Below, piece after piece: positions 60,905 through 64,000 of a stretch of 64,000 nt of DNA (the first letter of the stretch is position 1; each line of letters opens with the position of its first letter). The stretch comes from Somniosus microcephalus. Taxonomy: Eukaryota. The notes below the pieces were generated by a model that was given only the letters and a program-made list of their open reading frames with translations, ran no database searches and was not told the DNA's origin. Where the stretch lies: assembly GCA_052327205.1 (NCBI GenBank), contig CM126226.1, forward strand, positions 56,420,001 through 56,484,000, written 5' to 3'. A program made the position numbers and the translations under genes.

Positions 60905-61558
60905 TCAATTTCAATTTCAATTTTTAATGGTCACATAACTAAATACAAGAAGTGTAATCTAGTCAGTGAAATGTTTTTTTCTTGAGGAGCCGAGAGCACC
61001 AAGCAGCAAGAACACTGCGCTGCCTGGTACGCACGGAGCTCGCAAGGACGGCAGCCATCTTCATCGGCGCCATCACAAAAAAACACAGACCGACATATAC
61101 ACGCATACATACTTAAAATATAAATAAAGCAGACATAAAATAAATAAAAGACATAAAAAGACAGTACATAAAATGAACAAGCAATAATGTAAAGAAAAGT
61201 AATTTCTACAGTAATTACATTGATATTTCTACCCAGGCTTCTAGAATAATCTCTGGTTACAGGGTGGCCGCACTGGGAGAGCAACTTATAATTAAATAAA
61301 TTTAATTAATTAATTAATTAATTAATAAAATTAAATAAATAAAGTGCCCCCTCAGTCTTTCTTGATGTTTCCATCTTGGTCTCTCTCGATGTTTCCCCTC
61401 TCTCTCTCTCGATGTTTCATCTGTCTTTCTCGATGTTTCCTCTGTCTTTCTCGATGTTTCCTCTCAGTTTTTCTCGATGTTTCCCCTCGGTTTCTTCCAC
61501 ACACCTGGCCTGCACATTACTCTGGCTGTCCAACTTGGCGTCCTGGTAACCGGGTTCC

Positions 61559-63683
61559 GCTCCAGCTCTCATCCTTCAAACTGTCTCTCCAGCTCTCATC
61601 CTTCAAACTGTCTCTCCAGCTCTTGACCTTCAAACTGTCACTCCAGCTCTCGTCTTTCAAACTGTCTCTCCAGCTCTCGACCTTCAAACTGCCTCTCCAG
61701 CTCTCGACCTTCAAACTGTCTCTCCAGCTCTCGACCTTCAAACTGTCTCTCCAGCTCTTGAGCTTCAAACTGTCACTCCAGCTCTCGTCTTTCAAACTGT
61801 CTCTCCAGCTCTCGACCTTCAAACTGTCTCTCCAGCTCTCATCCTTCAAACTGCCTCTCCAGCTCTCGACCTTCAAACTGTCTCTCCAGCTCTCATCCTT
61901 CAAACTGTCTCTCCAGCTCTCATCCTTCAAACTGTCTCTCCAGCTCTTGACCTTCAAACTGTCACTCCAGCTCTCGTCTTTCAAACTGTCTCTCCAGCTC
62001 TCGACCTTCAAACTGCCTCTCCAGCTCTCAACCTTCAAACTGTCTCTCCAGCTCTCATCCTTCAAACTGTCTCCCCAGCTCTTGACCTTCAAACTGTCAC
62101 TCCAGCTCTCGTCTTTCAAACTGTCTCTCCAGCTCTCGACCTTCAAACTGTCTCTCCAGCTCTCATCCTTCAAACTGTCTCTCCAGCTCTTGACCTTCAA
62201 ACTGTCACTCCAGCTCTCGACCTTCAAACTGTCTCTCCAGCTCTCGACCTTCAAACTGTCACTCCAGCTCTCGACCTTCAAACTGTCTCTCCAGCTCTCG
62301 ACCTTCAAACTGTCTCTCCAGCTCTCGACCTTCAAACTGTCTCTCCAGCTCTCGACCTTCAAACTGTCTCTCCAGCTCTCGACCTTCAAACTGCTCTCTC
62401 CAGCTCTCGACCTTCAAACTGTCTCTCCAGCTCTCGACCTTCAAACTGTCACTCCAGCTCTCGACCTTCAAACTGTCACTCCAGCTCTCGACCTTCAAAC
62501 TGTCTCTCCAGCTCTCGACCTTCAAACTGTCACTCCAGCTCTTGACCTTCAAACTGTCTCTCCAGCTCTCGACCTTCAAACTGTCACTCCAGCTCTTGAC
62601 CTTCAAACTGTCTCTCCAGCTCTCGACTTTCAAACTGTCTCTCCAGCTCTCGACCTTCAAACTGTCTCTCCAGCTCTCGACCTTCAAACTGTCTCTCCAG
62701 CTCTCGACCTTCAAACTGTCACTCCAGCTCTCGACCTTCAAACTGCCTCTCCAGCTCTCGACCTTCAAACTGACTCTCCAGCTCTCGACCTTCAAACTGT
62801 CACTCCAGCTCTCGACCTTCAAACTGTCTCTCCAGCTCTCGACCTTCAAACAGTCACTCCAGCTCTTGACCTTCAAACTGTCTCACCAGCTCTCGACCTT
62901 CAAACTGAGTCTCCAGCTCTCGACCTTCAAACTGTCTCTCCAGCTCTCGACCTTCAAACTGTCACTCCAGCTCTCGACCTTCAAAATGCCTCTCCAGCTC
63001 TCGACCTTCAAACTGTCTCTCCAGCTCTCGACCTTCAAACTGTCTCTCCAGCTCTCAACCTTCAAACTGTCTCTCCAGCCCTCGACCTTCAAACTGTCAC
63101 TCCAGCTCTCAACCTTCAAACTGTCACTCCAGCTCTCGACCTTCAAACTGTCTCTCCAGCTCTCGACCTTCAAACTGACTCTCCAGCTCTCGACCTTCAA
63201 ACTGTCACTCCAGCTCTCGACCTTCAAACTGTCTCTCCAGCTCTCGACCTTCAAACTGTCACTCCAGCTCTTGACCTTCAAACTGTCACTCCAGCTCTCG
63301 ACCTTCAAACTGTCTCTCCAGCTCTCGACCTTCAAACTGTCACTCCAGCTCTCGACCTTCAAACTGTCTCTCCAGCTCTCGACCTTCAAACTGACTCTCC
63401 AGCTCTCGACCTTCAAACTGTCTCTCCAGCTCTCATCCTTCAAACTGTCTCTCCAGCTCTCGACCTTCAAACTGTCACTCCAGCTCTCGACCTTCAAACT
63501 GTCATTCCAGCTCTCGACCTTCAAACTGTCACTCCAGCTCTCGACCTTCAAACTGTCTCTCCAGCTCGCGACCTTCAAACTGTCTCTCCAGCTCTCGACC
63601 TTCAAACTGTCACTCCAGCTCTCGACCTTCAAACTGTCTCTCCAGCTCTCATCCTTCAAACTGTCACTCCAGCTCTCGACCTT
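61559..63683. repeat. 27-bp minisatellite (CTCCAGCTCTCGACCTTCAAACTGTC(T/A)), about 78 copies
   Basis: Head-to-tail units. Confidence 0.97.
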
Positions 63684-64000
63684 GAACAGATAAAGCTAGG
63701 CTGACACTCCAGTGCAGTACTGAGGGAGTGCTGCACTGTCGGAGGTGCTGTCTTTCGGATGAGTCTTTAAACCGAGGCCCCGTCTGCTCTCTCAGGTGGA
63801 TGTAAAAGATCCCATGGCACTATTTCAAAGAAGAGCAGGGGAGTTCCCCCCAGTGTCCTGGCCAATATTTATCCCTCAATCAACATCACAAAAAAAAACA
63901 GGTTATCTGGTCATTATCGCATTGCTGTTTGTGGGAGCTTGCTGTGCACAAATTGGCTGCTGCATTTTCTACATTACAACAGTGACTACACCCCAAAAAG
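63681..64000 (+). mobile_element. DeuSINE body, runs off the window end
   Basis: Deu core matches the other copies. Confidence 0.88.

Noticed and set aside
61344-63704. 786-aa repetitive ORF and antisense ORFs
   Set aside because: Translation of the 27-bp satellite; open in several frames on both strands.

Overview
Eukaryotic, repeat-dense, apparently intergenic or intronic DNA. The repeat content (CR1 and L2 LINEs, RTE and Rex LINEs, DeuSINE/SacSINE1-like SINEs, Harbinger transposons) suggests a cartilaginous fish such as a shark; this is an inference. No host protein-coding gene was recognised. The main feature is a very young 4.4-kb LTR retrotransposon at 47994-52410. It has identical 254-bp LTRs, a 5-bp GCGCG target duplication, a tRNA-Ser primer site, a polypurine tract and an intact Mag-type gag-protease ORF. 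Its RT, RNase H and integrase are replaced by about 1.55 kb of overlapping ORFs that resemble pieces of host proteins: ANKRD24/RAI14-family coiled coil, optineurin coiled coil with a TQT motif, and a U1/matrin-like zinc finger with a basic NLS. These homologies are recalled from memory and need a database search. The element splits an otherwise open Harbinger transposase. The window also has two solo LTRs inside Harbinger-type elements, several MITEs with clean TIRs and TSDs, an RTE LINE with a ~145-bp target duplication, two ~2-kb minisatellites, a 2-kb purine tract and two assembly gaps.
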